Notes: generated by a model not told the origin, from the letters alone. A DNA stretch of 64,000 nucleotides from Candidatus Fraserbacteria bacterium (GCA_947085185.1 CAMTVK010000006.1:52721-116720); one strand, 5' to 3'; positions 28,603-38,807 are shown, numbered from the stretch's first letter. Numbers and translations: made by a program.

Positions 28603-30657
28603 ATGAAAACAATATGGCGATGGGGAGCTTTGGCTCTAAGTTTGCTTTTAGTTTTTGGCGCGTCGGCGCAACCACCGGTCAAGAATCCGGACACATATAT
28701 TGAGGCCACCATCGGTGACGTCGTGTCGCTCGACCCGGCGTGGCACTACGACACGGCCTCAGCCACGGCGATCTTCAACATCTACGAGACGTTGCTCTTC
28801 TACGACGGCGACAAGATCGACAAATTCGTGCCCGTGCTGGCCGAAAGTTGGACAGTCTCTCCAGACGGCAGTGCCTACACTTTTAAGATCCGTAAGGGGA
28901 TCAAGTTCCACGAGGGCGGGGACTTAACAGCAGAGGACGTGGCTTACAGCTTCCAGCGGGCGCTTCTGCAGGACAGAAGCGGCGGCCCCATCCACATGCT
29001 CCTTGAGCCGGTGCTGGACGTGTACTCCATTGACGAATTGGCCAAGAAGGTCGGCGATCTGAAGGCCTGCCAGATGGTGCTGGAGGCGGCTACAGTGAAG
29101 GGAGACGAGGTCACCTTCAAGCTGGCCTTCCCCTTCCCGCCCTTCCTGCAAATTTTGGCCGGGAGCTGGATGTCAATTCTAGACAAGGAATGGGTGATCG
29201 CCAAGGGCGGCTGGGACGGCAAGTGCGACAACTGGCGCAAGTGGTGGGACCCCAAGCAAGAGGCCTCGGAGCTCTTCAAGATTGCCAACGGCACCGGACC
29301 CTATAAGCTGTCGCGCTGGGATCCGGGCAAAGAGATCATCTTCGAGCGCAACGACGCCTACTGGCGAGGTCCGGCCAAGCTGAAGAACCTCATAATCAAG
29401 GTCGTGCCGGAGTGGGGCACGCGGCTGGCGATGTTCGAGGCCGGAGATGCCGACTCGATCACTGTGCCTCGACCATTCGTCGCAGCGATGAAGCCGCTGG
29501 TGGACAGAGGCGCGGCTCGCCTCTACGGCCCGCTGCCGGGAGCGACCGCGCAGTCCGGCTTCATCAACTTCAAGGTCAAGGAGGGCAGCCCTTACATGCC
29601 CAAGCTTGGGGGCAAGGACACGCCCGATCTGCTAAACGACCTCAGCCTGAGAAGGGCCCTCAACTACTGCTTCGACGTCGGAACGTATATTAAGGAATCC
29701 TGGCTTGGAGAGGCGGAGCAGCTACGTGGGCCGATCATCAAGGGCCGTCTGGGCTACAACCCCGCACAGCCGGTCTATGAGTTCAGCCTGGCCAAGTGTG
29801 AGGAGGAGCTGAAGAAGGCTTGGGACGGCAAGGTCTGGGCCGATGGCATGCGCCTCGTCTTCACCTTTAACGTGGGGAACATCCCGCGCCGGTTCGCCGC
29901 GGAGATGTTGGAGCGCCATATCGAAGACATGAACAAGAAGCGGCCTGGTAGGCCGATCTTCTCAATAGATGTGCTCGACCTGCCCTGGCCGACCTATCTC
30001 AAAGCGATGGAGGCCGGTGAGTTGGCGGTCTTCTGGGTCGGCTGGCTGGAGGACTACGCACACCCCCATAACTGGGTCCACCCCTACATGTTCCGGACCG
30101 GGGCCTTCGCGGTGGGCCAGAACTTCCACACCACCAAGGACGTGGAGTTCAAGCCGGTCTACGCCACCTTCCTAGAGGCCAAGAAGTACCCGACCCTTCA
30201 GGACCTCTTCGACGATCTGGTAGTGAAGGCCAAGAAGGAGCCGGACCAGAGAGTAGGCGGCAGAGCCGAGAAGATCTACTTCGAGCTCAATCGCCTGGCC
30301 ATCGAGTATGCCATCAATATCCAGTCGATCCAGCTCTGGACCCGCCGCTACGAGCAGCCGTGGGTGCTGGGCTGGTTCTACAACGTGGCTTACCCGGGCA
30401 CCTACGTCTACTGGCTGTGGAAGGAGATGCCGAAGGTTAAGGAGTTCAAGGAGCCCGGAAGCTTCGACATCGATGTGCCCGGTGGCCAGACGCTGTGGGT
30501 GTACAACCTCGGCCCCGGCAAGGCCACCCTTACTATAGGCGCTGAGAGCTTCCCGCTCGATCCGCAGGGGAACTCTGTCAACAGATTCTTCCCGGCCGCA
30601 GGCAAGGCAATCGTCAAGGCCGAGGCAGCCACAACGATCCAGTACGGAACGAAGTGA
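28603..30657 (+). CDS. Peptide/nickel ABC substrate-binding protein (family 5) with C-terminal extension
   Basis: SLDPA, IYETL, LAESW.VS.DG..YTF.IRKG.KFH, GTGPYKL. Confidence 0.92.
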   Translation: MKTIWRWGALALSLLLVFGASAQPPVKNPDTYIEATIGDVVSLDPAWHYDTASATAIFNIYETLLFYDGDKIDKFVPVLAESWTVSPDGSAYTFKIRKGIKFHEGGDLTAEDVAYSFQRALLQDRSGGPIHMLLEPVLDVYSIDELAKKVGDLKACQMVLEAATVKGDEVTFKLAFPFPPFLQILAGSWMSILDKEWVIAKGGWDGKCDNWRKWWDPKQEASELFKIANGTGPYKLSRWDPGKEIIFERNDAYWRGPAKLKNLIIKVVPEWGTRLAMFEAGDADSITVPRPFVAAMKPLVDRGAARLYGPLPGATAQSGFINFKVKEGSPYMPKLGGKDTPDLLNDLSLRRALNYCFDVGTYIKESWLGEAEQLRGPIIKGRLGYNPAQPVYEFSLAKCEEELKKAWDGKVWADGMRLVFTFNVGNIPRRFAAEMLERHIEDMNKKRPGRPIFSIDVLDLPWPTYLKAMEAGELAVFWVGWLEDYAHPHNWVHPYMFRTGAFAVGQNFHTTKDVEFKPVYATFLEAKKYPTLQDLFDDLVVKAKKEPDQRVGGRAEKIYFELNRLAIEYAINIQSIQLWTRRYEQPWVLGWFYNVAYPGTYVYWLWKEMPKVKEFKEPGSFDIDVPGGQTLWVYNLGPGKATLTIGAESFPLDPQGNSVNRFFPAAGKAIVKAEAATTIQYGTK

Positions 30658-30667
30658 GCCGTCTTGG

Positions 30668-30719
30668 GACAAGGCAGGGGGCGGGGCACTCTCCCCCCGT
30701 CCCCTATCCTTGTCTTTTT
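30668..30719 (+). terminator. GC-rich hairpin with T-tract after SBP gene
   Basis: GACAAGG..GGGGCGGGG / CCCCGTCCCC..CCTTGTC then TTTTT. Confidence 0.7.
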
Positions 30720-30752
30720 CACCCGCCTGCACTATAGTTCAAGGGATAGCAG

Positions 30753-31781
30753 ATGCTCGCGTATATCATGCGCCGGTTGCTGATGCTCCCCGTGCTACTG
30801 CTCGGCGTGACGATCTTCGTCTTTGCGATCTTCTCGCTGCTGAGCCCCGAGATGCGGGCCAGCCTCTACTTACAAGATGTGCCGAAGACCCCAGAAGCGA
30901 TGGAGCGGATCATCAAAAAGTATGGGCTCGATCAGCCGATTCACATCCAATATTGGATGTGGCTCAATCAAATCGTGCGAGGTGACTTCGGCTGGTCACA
31001 GACGGCCCAGCGGCCTGTCACTGAAGCCTTACTCTATTATCTTCCCGCTACTCTAGAGCTCTCGCTCTGGGCGATGCTGCCCGTCATTTTAGTGGGCATC
31101 TGGCTGGGGATCCTCTCGGCCGTCCACCAGAACAGACTTATCGATCAGGCGTTGCGCGTCTTTGCACTTATCGGTTGGTCATTTCCAACTTTCGTCTTCG
31201 GGCTCCTGATGCTGATGTATTTCTATGCCAAGCTGCAGTGGTTCCCCGCCGGCCAGATCTCTGATTGGGTCACACGGGAGGTCATTGCTGGCACCTTTGT
31301 GCGCTACACCCAGATGTACACGCTAGATGCCCTGCTCAACGGGCGGCTGGACGTCTTCTGGGACTCCCTGCGCCATCTTATTCTGCCCGTGATCACGCTT
31401 TCTTATGTGCAGTGGGCGCTGCTTTTGCGCGTGACCCGATCTTCGATGTTAGAGACCCTGCGCCAGGAGTACATTATGACCGCGCGGGCCAAGGGCCTGA
31501 AAGAGAGCGTTGTCATTAATAAACATGCCGCCCGCAATGCGATGATCCCTGTGGCCACGATGGGCGGGCTGTTACTGATCGGCCTGCTCAACGGCGTTGT
31601 GATCACTGAAACGATCTTTAACTACCCAGGGATCGGCCGCTGGGCGGCCGAGGCCGCGATCCGGCTGGACATCTTGGGCATAGTGGGCTTCACGCTCTTC
31701 AACGGCCTCTTGCTCGTCGTGGGCAACTTAATCGTAGATGTGCTCTACGCTTTTATTGATCCCCGGGTGAGGCTGGAATGA
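30753..31781 (+). CDS. Peptide ABC permease (OppB/DppB)
   Basis: YGLDQP, GDFGWS, PATLEL, TARAKGL..KHA.RNA. Confidence 0.93.
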   Translation: MLAYIMRRLLMLPVLLLGVTIFVFAIFSLLSPEMRASLYLQDVPKTPEAMERIIKKYGLDQPIHIQYWMWLNQIVRGDFGWSQTAQRPVTEALLYYLPATLELSLWAMLPVILVGIWLGILSAVHQNRLIDQALRVFALIGWSFPTFVFGLLMLMYFYAKLQWFPAGQISDWVTREVIAGTFVRYTQMYTLDALLNGRLDVFWDSLRHLILPVITLSYVQWALLLRVTRSSMLETLRQEYIMTARAKGLKESVVINKHAARNAMIPVATMGGLLLIGLLNGVVITETIFNYPGIGRWAAEAAIRLDILGIVGFTLFNGLLLVVGNLIVDVLYAFIDPRVRLE

Positions 31782-32707
31782 AAATACTCAAGCGCTTGTT
31801 GAAGAATCCGCTCTCTATGACCGGCTTGGTTTTGGTCTTCTTCTTCGCGGCTGTGGCCATCGCCGCGCCCTGGCTGGCCCCGCCGGATAACCCTGATGAG
31901 CCCTATCGCATCACCCGCTGCGGCTACACCCATATGCCCCAGCCGCCCAAAGTTGATAATCCTTTGGAGGGGATCTGGAAGATCATCACCAGACAGGCCC
32001 ATATCTGTGAGGTCAATCCCTTCGGCCTCATCCAAAGTCGCGACATCTACTACGGGGTTGTGTGGGGGACGCGCACGGCCTTCTTCGTGGGGCTGGTCAT
32101 TACGGGATTAAATGTCTTGATCGGCTTACTTATCGGCTCGATCGGGGCTTACTTCGGCCGCTGGGTGGATGAGCTCTTGATGCGTATCACCGATATCTTT
32201 CTAGCCTTCCCCTTCCTCGTGGCGGCCATCACTTTGGCTGCCGTGCTGCAACCCACGATAGGCCGTGGGTTGATCACCGCCATGATCGCATTGATCGCCT
32301 TCGGCTGGATGAGCTACGCGCGACTCATCCGCGGGGATATCCTTTCTTTGAAAGAAAGGGACTACGTCTTGGCGGCCCGTGCCTTGGGGGCCCCTCATCA
32401 CCGCATCATGCTGCGGCACATCATCCCAAACGCGATCTACCCCACCCTGGTCGTCGGCTCGATGGACATCGGTTCTTATGTGTTGAGCTTTGCAGCGTTA
32501 AGTTTTTTGGGCCTGGGAGCTGAAGTGGGTTACGCCGACTGGGGACAGATGATCTCTTTTGCCCGCGACTGGATCCCCAGGCTCAGCGATTACTGGTACA
32601 TTGTTGTTTACCCCGGCATGGCTATATTATTATTTGTGCTCGGCTGGAATTTGATAGGCGATGCCTTCAGAGATATTCTCGACCCGCGCCTGCGGGGGCG
32701 TGTCTAA
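31778..32707 (+). CDS. Peptide ABC permease (OppC/DppC)
   Basis: LMRITD.FLAFP, YARLIRG, YVLAARALGA..RHIIPN, LSFLGLG. Confidence 0.93.
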   Translation: MKILKRLLKNPLSMTGLVLVFFFAAVAIAAPWLAPPDNPDEPYRITRCGYTHMPQPPKVDNPLEGIWKIITRQAHICEVNPFGLIQSRDIYYGVVWGTRTAFFVGLVITGLNVLIGLLIGSIGAYFGRWVDELLMRITDIFLAFPFLVAAITLAAVLQPTIGRGLITAMIALIAFGWMSYARLIRGDILSLKERDYVLAARALGAPHHRIMLRHIIPNAIYPTLVVGSMDIGSYVLSFAALSFLGLGAEVGYADWGQMISFARDWIPRLSDYWYIVVYPGMAILLFVLGWNLIGDAFRDILDPRLRGRV

Positions 32708-32708
32708 G

Positions 32709-32906
32709 CTATTCTTTCTTCTCTTCGAGGGCGATGATCTCCATCCCGTTGTAGTACCCGCAGTTGAGACAGACGCGATGGGGGAGCTTGGGCTCATGAC
32801 AGCGCGGGCATTCGTTGATCGTGACCGGAGTAAATTTATAGCTGGCCGCACGATGCATGCGCTTCTGTGAACTCGATCGTCTGTACTTTGGTTGTCCCTG
32901 ACCCAT
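32709..32906 (-). CDS. rpmF: 50S ribosomal protein L32
   Basis: CPRC..KLPHRVCLNCGYYNG; SD AAGGAG. Confidence 0.93.
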   Translation of the reverse strand: MGQGQPKYRRSSSQKRMHRAASYKFTPVTINECPRCHEPKLPHRVCLNCGYYNGMEIIALEEKKE

Positions 32907-32928
32907 ATAAAAACTCCTTCTCGATGAG

Positions 32929-32990
32929 AATCACGGAAAACTGCTTTTCCCCGTGCTCTCCGTGGGCTCATTCCGTGCCTTCCGTGATTC
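32929..32990. repeat. Short CCGTG/CACGG repeat cluster with inverted ends
   Basis: AATCACGGAA ... four CCGTG copies, the last as TTCCGTGATT. Confidence 0.6.
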
Positions 32991-32998
32991 AGATTCTA

Positions 32999-33463
32999 TC
33001 AAATTGGATTCGTCTTTGCAACCGGCGGGCTCTCGAGGATGAACGTCACTGGGCCGTCGTTGACTAAAGAGACCTTCATGCGTGCCCCAAAGATCCCGGA
33101 TTCGACCTTCACCCCACCGCGACGGAGCTCTTGCAAGAAGAGCTCATAGAGCACGCGGGCGTGCTCTGGAGGCGCTGCCGCGTCGAAGCTGGGGCGCCGC
33201 CCTTTGAGCGTACTGCCATAGAGCGTAAACTGCGAGATGACTAAGATCTCGCCCTGCACGTCTTTGACGGAGCGATTCATCTTGCCCGCGGCGTCCTCGA
33301 AGATCCTCAGCCCCACAACTCGATCGGCCAAGAAGATCGCATCGTGCTCAGAATCGCCCTTGCCCACCCCAAGAAAGACTAAGAGCCCTGGGCCAATCTG
33401 CCCCACAATGCTCCCGTCAATCTCTACAGACGCTGCCTTGACGCGCTGCAGTACAAGGCGCAT
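32999..33463 (-). CDS. dtd: D-aminoacyl-tRNA deacylase
   Basis: QRV..ASV, LRIFED..GKMN, SQFTL, NDGPVT. Confidence 0.96.
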   Translation of the reverse strand: MRLVLQRVKAASVEIDGSIVGQIGPGLLVFLGVGKGDSEHDAIFLADRVVGLRIFEDAAGKMNRSVKDVQGEILVISQFTLYGSTLKGRRPSFDAAAPPEHARVLYELFLQELRRGGVKVESGIFGARMKVSLVNDGPVTFILESPPVAKTNPI

Positions 33464-33468
33464 GAGAT

Positions 33469-33981
33469 CTATTGAGATGCAGCTCCGTTGGAGCTCCCCA
33501 TCACGAACCCCAAAATGAAAGCAGCAAGGCCCACCAATAGGATAGCTCCAACATCAGTTTTGTAAGCGTCTTCGCTTTCGAGTTTCTTAGATATATTGTA
33601 AAAATCACGAGCTTCTTCGCTGGTGAGCAGCTCGCCCTGCTGAGTGCGAGCGACATAAGTCTTGAGACGCTCCAACTCGGCTTGGGAAATTGGATTGCCA
33701 GGTTTGACTCGGCTCAAAAGCTGATTGATCGCGTCTTGATGAGAAAACTCTTGATAAGGCCTGTTGATGGCTTGTATCTCGGCAGATGTGAATAGTTTCT
33801 TTGTAGAGAGTATGTTAAGGAGTATGCCATAGGAGTTCATTTGCGCTTGAATACTCTTTAAGCCGTTGGCAAGGTCAGCCTGGAGAGAGCCGAGCTTGCG
33901 CCCTATCCCAACCCAGAGCGTGATAAACCCTAAAAAGAGTAAGCCCAAGTTTACCAAAGTCAGTATTTCATTGAGCTCCAT
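33469..33981 (-). CDS. Hypothetical membrane protein (AT-richer)
   Basis: SD GGAGG before MELNEIL; TM segments at both ends. Confidence 0.65.
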   Translation of the reverse strand: MELNEILTLVNLGLLFLGFITLWVGIGRKLGSLQADLANGLKSIQAQMNSYGILLNILSTKKLFTSAEIQAINRPYQEFSHQDAINQLLSRVKPGNPISQAELERLKTYVARTQQGELLTSEEARDFYNISKKLESEDAYKTDVGAILLVGLAAFILGFVMGSSNGAASQ

Positions 33982-34066
33982 AGATCCTCCAGCAATCAAT
34001 AGTTTGCCCAATTTGCCTGAGAAAGTCAAGCTTGCAGACACTCGCTCTGAGGCTCTATAATAAGCT

Positions 34067-35575
34067 ATGCCCAAGCGCCCGTATGTGCTCGTCATTCTCG
34101 ATGGCTGGGGGATGCGCACAGAGCCCCAAGGGAATGCGATCGCCGCCGCGAAGACCCCAAATTTCACGCGCTACTGGCGGAGCTGCCCCCATACCCTCGT
34201 GCGCACCGATGGACGTTTCGTGGGGCTGCCTGACGGCCAGTTTGGCAACTCCGAAGTCGGCCATCAGAATCTGGGCGCTGGACGCATCGTCTTCCAGACT
34301 TCAACGCGCATCTCCAAGGCGATCGCCGATGGGAGCTTCTTCACCAATAGAGCCCTCTTGGGCGCTCTCGCGCACGCGTCCCGACTCCATCTGATGGGGC
34401 TGGTCAGCGACGGCGGTGTGCATAGCTGCTTAGACCATCTCTTTGCCCTGATAGAATTGGCTCGGCGCGAACACGTCTACGCTCTTTATATTCACGCGTT
34501 CCTAGACGGGCGCGACACCCCCCCGACCTCCGGAGCTCGCTATGTCCAGCGAGTGCGCGAGGTCTGTGCACAAAGAGGGGTCGGACAGATCGCAACGATC
34601 ATGGGCCGATATTGGGCCATGGATCGTGACAATCGCTGGGAGCGCACCGAGAGAGCATATCGCGCTCTGCGCTTCGCCGAAGGGCACTGTGATCCAGGAC
34701 CCCCAGAAGATGCCGTCGCACGAGCCTATCAGCGCGGTGAAACCGATGAGTTCCTCCAGCCCATCATCCTCGATCCTGAAGGGGCCATTCGTGACGGCGA
34801 TGCCGTCATCTTCTTTAACTTTCGTCCCGACAGAGCTCGCCAGATCACCCGCGCCTTCACGGAGAAAGACTTTGCGCACTTCCAGCGCGGGCCGTGCCCC
34901 AATATAGAGTTCGTCACGCTCACCCAGTACGATCAAAGCTTTTCTGTGCCAGCAGCATTCCCCACCGAAGAGCCCCTTAAGAATATCTTCGCTGAGGTGC
35001 TCAGCCGCGCCGGGCTGACGCAGTTTCGTATTGCCGAAACAGAAAAATACGCGCACGTCACGTATTTTTTTAATAACGGGCGCGAAGCTCCCTTCCCCGG
35101 CGAAGACCGAAAACTCATCCCCTCGCCCAAAGTCGCTACCTACGATCTCAAGCCGGAGATGTCCGCGTATGCAGTGACCGACGAAGCTATCAAACGGATC
35201 ACAAGCTGTCGCTATGATTTTGTTCTGATCAACTATGCCAATCCCGATATGGTGGGGCACACCGGGGTCTTTGAAGCAGCCGTCAGAGCCGTCGAAGCCG
35301 TTGACGAATCTCTTGGGCGTGTGGTCGAAGCGACCCTCTCTGTCAACGGAGAGATTTTAGTGACGGCCGATCACGGGAATGCGGATATTATGCGAGACGA
35401 GCAGGGCCAACCGCACACGGCGCACACGCACAGCCCCGGCCCACTTATTTATATTGGGCCACGCGCTGTAAAATTCTCTGACGGTGGAGCGCTCTGCGAC
35501 ATCGCCCCAACTCTCTTAGAGCTTATGGGACTTGAACACCCACAAGAGATGACCGGGCGGAGTTTGATAGAATAA
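34067..35575 (+). CDS. gpmI: 2,3-BPG-independent phosphoglycerate mutase
   Basis: LDGWG, GNSEVGH, DGGVHS, DGRD, AETEKYAHVT, DMVGHTG, ADHGN. Confidence 0.97.
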   Translation: MPKRPYVLVILDGWGMRTEPQGNAIAAAKTPNFTRYWRSCPHTLVRTDGRFVGLPDGQFGNSEVGHQNLGAGRIVFQTSTRISKAIADGSFFTNRALLGALAHASRLHLMGLVSDGGVHSCLDHLFALIELARREHVYALYIHAFLDGRDTPPTSGARYVQRVREVCAQRGVGQIATIMGRYWAMDRDNRWERTERAYRALRFAEGHCDPGPPEDAVARAYQRGETDEFLQPIILDPEGAIRDGDAVIFFNFRPDRARQITRAFTEKDFAHFQRGPCPNIEFVTLTQYDQSFSVPAAFPTEEPLKNIFAEVLSRAGLTQFRIAETEKYAHVTYFFNNGREAPFPGEDRKLIPSPKVATYDLKPEMSAYAVTDEAIKRITSCRYDFVLINYANPDMVGHTGVFEAAVRAVEAVDESLGRVVEATLSVNGEILVTADHGNADIMRDEQGQPHTAHTHSPGPLIYIGPRAVKFSDGGALCDIAPTLLELMGLEHPQEMTGRSLIE

Positions 35576-35580
35576 CGCAT

Positions 35581-35940
35581 ATGGCAGAGCTCAAACGCAT
35601 CAGTGGTGAGCTAGGGGATATTTATATCTCGGAGCGGGCCATCGCGCAGATCTGCGCGAAGGTCATCAGCGAGCAAGAGGGCTTGCGCACGCCGCGCCAG
35701 GTCCGCGAAAGCTCTGGGCTGTTGAGCACCATTGCTCAAGCCATCAAGGGCGATGGCATCGAGGTGCTCAAAGAAGACGGGCGTATGATCATTAAAATGT
35801 CGCTCTTTGCTGTGTATGGCGCGCGCATCCAAGAAGCTGCTCGCAAAGCGATCAAAGAAGTGAAAGCTCGGGTGCGCGAGCTGGCCGGCCTAGAGATCGA
35901 CGACGTCGTCATAGAGATCACCGGGATCGTCAAAGAGTGA
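35581..35940 (+). CDS. Asp23/Gls24 family envelope protein
   Basis: G.I.ISE.AIA.I, YG.RI, GLEIDDV.I.I.G. Confidence 0.8.
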   Translation: MAELKRISGELGDIYISERAIAQICAKVISEQEGLRTPRQVRESSGLLSTIAQAIKGDGIEVLKEDGRMIIKMSLFAVYGARIQEAARKAIKEVKARVRELAGLEIDDVVIEITGIVKE

Positions 35941-35943
35941 GCG

Positions 35944-36645
35944 ATGCGTCCCGACGAAGTCGCCCGGATGTTCTCCCGAATTGCTCATCGCTACGACAGA
36001 GCCAATCATATTCTGAGCTTCAATCGCGACCGGGCGTGGCGCAGAGTATTAGTCCAGCAGGCCGCGCCCAAAGCCGGGGAACGGCTCTTAGATCTATGCA
36101 CCGGCACGGGGGACGTCGCCATCGAGTTTGCCAGGGCGTGCCAAGACCTTCAGATCGTGGGGCTGGATCTCTCGGAAGAGATGCTCCGCGTCGCTCAAGA
36201 GAAGCTCACCCGGCTGAGCTTAGATCATCGGGTGCAGCTTATGTTGGGGAATGCGCTCGAGCTTCCGTTTGCTGAGAGCTCTTTTGACATCGTGACCATA
36301 GCGTTTGGCTTGCGCAACCTGCCGGAGCGGGCCCGAGGGCTCCAGGAGATCTATCGAGTGCTCTCTGCTGGTGGGCGGGTGTTCATCGTAGAATTTTCTC
36401 TTCCCCAAAGCTCTCTTGTGCGCTGGGTCTATCTTCCGTATTTGCGATATTGTGTGCCTTGGGTGGGGAAGATGCTGTCGGGGTCGCGCGCTCCTTATGA
36501 GTATCTGCGCGATTCTATTCTAAACTTTCCCGATCGCGCCACAATTCTCGAAGAGCTTTACGAAGTGGGCTTTCGTCCTGTGGGGTATCGCGATGTGACT
36601 TTTGGGATCGCTACGCTCTACTGGGGCGGGAAGGCCAGTTGCTGA
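35944..36645 (+). CDS. menG: Demethylmenaquinone methyltransferase (UbiE/MenG)
   Basis: MFSRIA.RYD.AN..LS, LDLCTGTGD, FGLRN, YEYL..SI. Confidence 0.9.
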   Translation: MRPDEVARMFSRIAHRYDRANHILSFNRDRAWRRVLVQQAAPKAGERLLDLCTGTGDVAIEFARACQDLQIVGLDLSEEMLRVAQEKLTRLSLDHRVQLMLGNALELPFAESSFDIVTIAFGLRNLPERARGLQEIYRVLSAGGRVFIVEFSLPQSSLVRWVYLPYLRYCVPWVGKMLSGSRAPYEYLRDSILNFPDRATILEELYEVGFRPVGYRDVTFGIATLYWGGKASC

Positions 36646-38219
36646 GCTAAGCTCTGCAGCGCCCGACGAATCAACCAGACGATCACAATCACAGCGATCA
36701 AAAGCGCAAGCACCAGCTCCCACACCGAGAGCGCTGGCCGCGCATTGGCTGCTTGAAGAGCTGTCTCTACCCCGGAGATCTGGCCCTTCACCGCGCTCAT
36801 GTCAGCTAAGAGCAGAGCGATCTGTTGTGAGAGCTCTGCGAGCCGTTGCTCGGTGCGATTCCCCATCTCGAAGCCCTGAGTTTGAACGGCGTCGAGCTTT
36901 TGAGAAAAAACCGTGACGGCGTCGTGCAGCGCTCGAATCTGTTGTTCGAGCTGCCCAAGGGCCTGCTCGGCCGCAGCGAGTTTTTCTTTATAGACTTTCG
37001 TCTCGCGGCTAAGCCGCACCAGAGAGCTCTGCACCCCTAAGAGCACACTGAGATTGCGCTCCTCGTGAGTGCTTAGATCTCTTGTCCAGATCTCTCCACC
37101 CAGCGCTTCACCCTCTCTTAGACGCACGAACCCAATCGCTCGGTCAGAGAGCCAAAACCCAAACCCCGAGCGCCCGTCATCGGTGAGCGGGCGCGCCGGA
37201 GCCATCCCCAAAAGATTCAACAGATACAGATCAGCTTTGGGAGTCTCTGCAGGAACGATGACCGTAAAGAGCACCTGCTCTCCCTCGGGCGATAGCGCCG
37301 GAGCGAGCGCAATGCCCCCCTTGTCATAGAGCGTCGCTTGCTCGCCGGTCTCTCTAGTGATTTCATAGAGATTGACGCGCTCGGACGCCTCAACGGAGAA
37401 CGTGCGATCATAGCCGTTCACGTAGAGTTTTTGGCCATCGGGAGAGGCTATGAGAGAGAGGGGCACAGGCAGGAGCGGGAAAAATCCCCGAAGAACGCGC
37501 TGCTCGCACGCGCACTCGACGCTCGCCATCGCCAGATACCCTGCGAAGATCCGCACGGTCTGAGGGGTGAGCTGGCTCGGCAGAGTTCTTTCTGGAAATA
37601 TCTCTTCGATGCCAAAGACAAAGAGCCATTGGCCATCGGGAGTCCACAAGGGACCGGGGCCATAGGGCGCATAGTACAGCCCGTGCGCGTCCTGCATGAG
37701 CTTAAGCAGGCGCTCCCCCCCGCCATCACGATCGAAGATATAAAGACCGAGACGATCTTCGCCGTCGCCGCGATAGTACGCGATCTTGCGGCCATCAGGG
37801 GAGAACGTCGGAGCCCAGAGAAATCCGTGATCTGCCGAGACAAGCTCTGTGAGAGTGCCGCTGCGGCGATCCAAGAGCATGAGCTTCCAGGGATGCGAGA
37901 GCTTCCCCGTCAGAATTTGATGCGGGTCAATGGGTGGGCTTTCGACATACAGCAGCTCTTGGCCATTGGGAGAAAACGTCGCCCACGAGAGATTTTCGCC
38001 CTCGGCGATCACGGTCTGCACGCGCCCTGTCACAGTATCGAGAAGCCAGATGTGCCCTCGCTGTGGGAGGGCTTCGTAAGAGCCGTTGGTCTCATCGGGC
38101 ATGGAGAGAGCCAGCAGCCCATCAGGCCCCACGGCGATCCGGTTTGGCATGGGCCAGCAGCCCGTCACCACAACGAGCATCGCCAACAGACTCACCACCA
38201 CGAGGGCACGCTTTGGCAT
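36618..38219 (-). CDS. Lipoprotein with TolB/PD40 beta-propeller, coiled coil and C-terminal TM
   Basis: Lipobox VTG-C; repeats FSPNG/FSPDG/WTPDG/SPEG; heptad-rich region; hydrophobic C-terminus. Confidence 0.75.
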   Translation of the reverse strand: MPKRALVVVSLLAMLVVVTGCWPMPNRIAVGPDGLLALSMPDETNGSYEALPQRGHIWLLDTVTGRVQTVIAEGENLSWATFSPNGQELLYVESPPIDPHQILTGKLSHPWKLMLLDRRSGTLTELVSADHGFLWAPTFSPDGRKIAYYRGDGEDRLGLYIFDRDGGGERLLKLMQDAHGLYYAPYGPGPLWTPDGQWLFVFGIEEIFPERTLPSQLTPQTVRIFAGYLAMASVECACEQRVLRGFFPLLPVPLSLIASPDGQKLYVNGYDRTFSVEASERVNLYEITRETGEQATLYDKGGIALAPALSPEGEQVLFTVIVPAETPKADLYLLNLLGMAPARPLTDDGRSGFGFWLSDRAIGFVRLREGEALGGEIWTRDLSTHEERNLSVLLGVQSSLVRLSRETKVYKEKLAAAEQALGQLEQQIRALHDAVTVFSQKLDAVQTQGFEMGNRTEQRLAELSQQIALLLADMSAVKGQISGVETALQAANARPALSVWELVLALLIAVIVIVWLIRRALQSLAQQLAFPPQ

Positions 38220-38235
38220 AGAAAGTCCCCCAAAA

Positions 38236-38766
38236 TTATTTATCTTTTTGCGACTCCTCGTATAGTCGGTTGACAAACTCCAGCACGCGCCGCTGGTCCA
38301 GCTCATCTAAGAGTTCGACTTTTCTACGAATGCGCTCGGGAAGCCCCATCTCGGCTTCTTTTGCGACTTTCTCTAAGAGTGCCTTCTGAGCGAGACGATG
38401 GGCTTTCCAGTTGGCGTCGCGCTCGACGTAGTTCACCTGCCAATTGGGGAGTTGGACAAGCAGCTCGTGCACTTGGCGATTGAGCGGCTCCAGATGTGGC
38501 CGACGAATGCGATAGAGCCCGTTCACTTGATTGGCTAAGAGCTGGCTATCTGTGAAGAAGATCACGCGCTTGGGATTATAGGGCAAGACCAGTTTGATCG
38601 CTTCGATGAGGGCGCGATATTCCGCGACGTTATTGGTAGTACGCCCGATATGTTCCGAGATCTCTTTGATGACGTTGCCCTCGGCATCGGTGATGACGAT
38701 GCCAATGGCGGCCTCGCCGGGGTTGCCCTGCGCCGCGCCGTCTACATTTACGAAGAGCTTTTCCAT
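38236..38766 (-). CDS. rnhA: Ribonuclease HI family protein
   Basis: VDGAAQGNPG, TNNVAEYRAL, DSQL, RDAN; ORF-track N-terminus overlaps a tRNA, so start set at MEKLF. Confidence 0.85.
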   Translation of the reverse strand: MEKLFVNVDGAAQGNPGEAAIGIVITDAEGNVIKEISEHIGRTTNNVAEYRALIEAIKLVLPYNPKRVIFFTDSQLLANQVNGLYRIRRPHLEPLNRQVHELLVQLPNWQVNYVERDANWKAHRLAQKALLEKVAKEAEMGLPERIRRKVELLDELDQRRVLEFVNRLYEESQKDK

Positions 38767-38807
38767 AAAATAACTGTGAACTTCGAGCTCATACCTTGGA
38801 ACTGTCC

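Noticed and set aside
37338..38273. Long antisense ORFs (also 39093-39911, 43053-43811, 54669-55424)
   Set aside because: Opposite well-supported genes; expected from codon bias.
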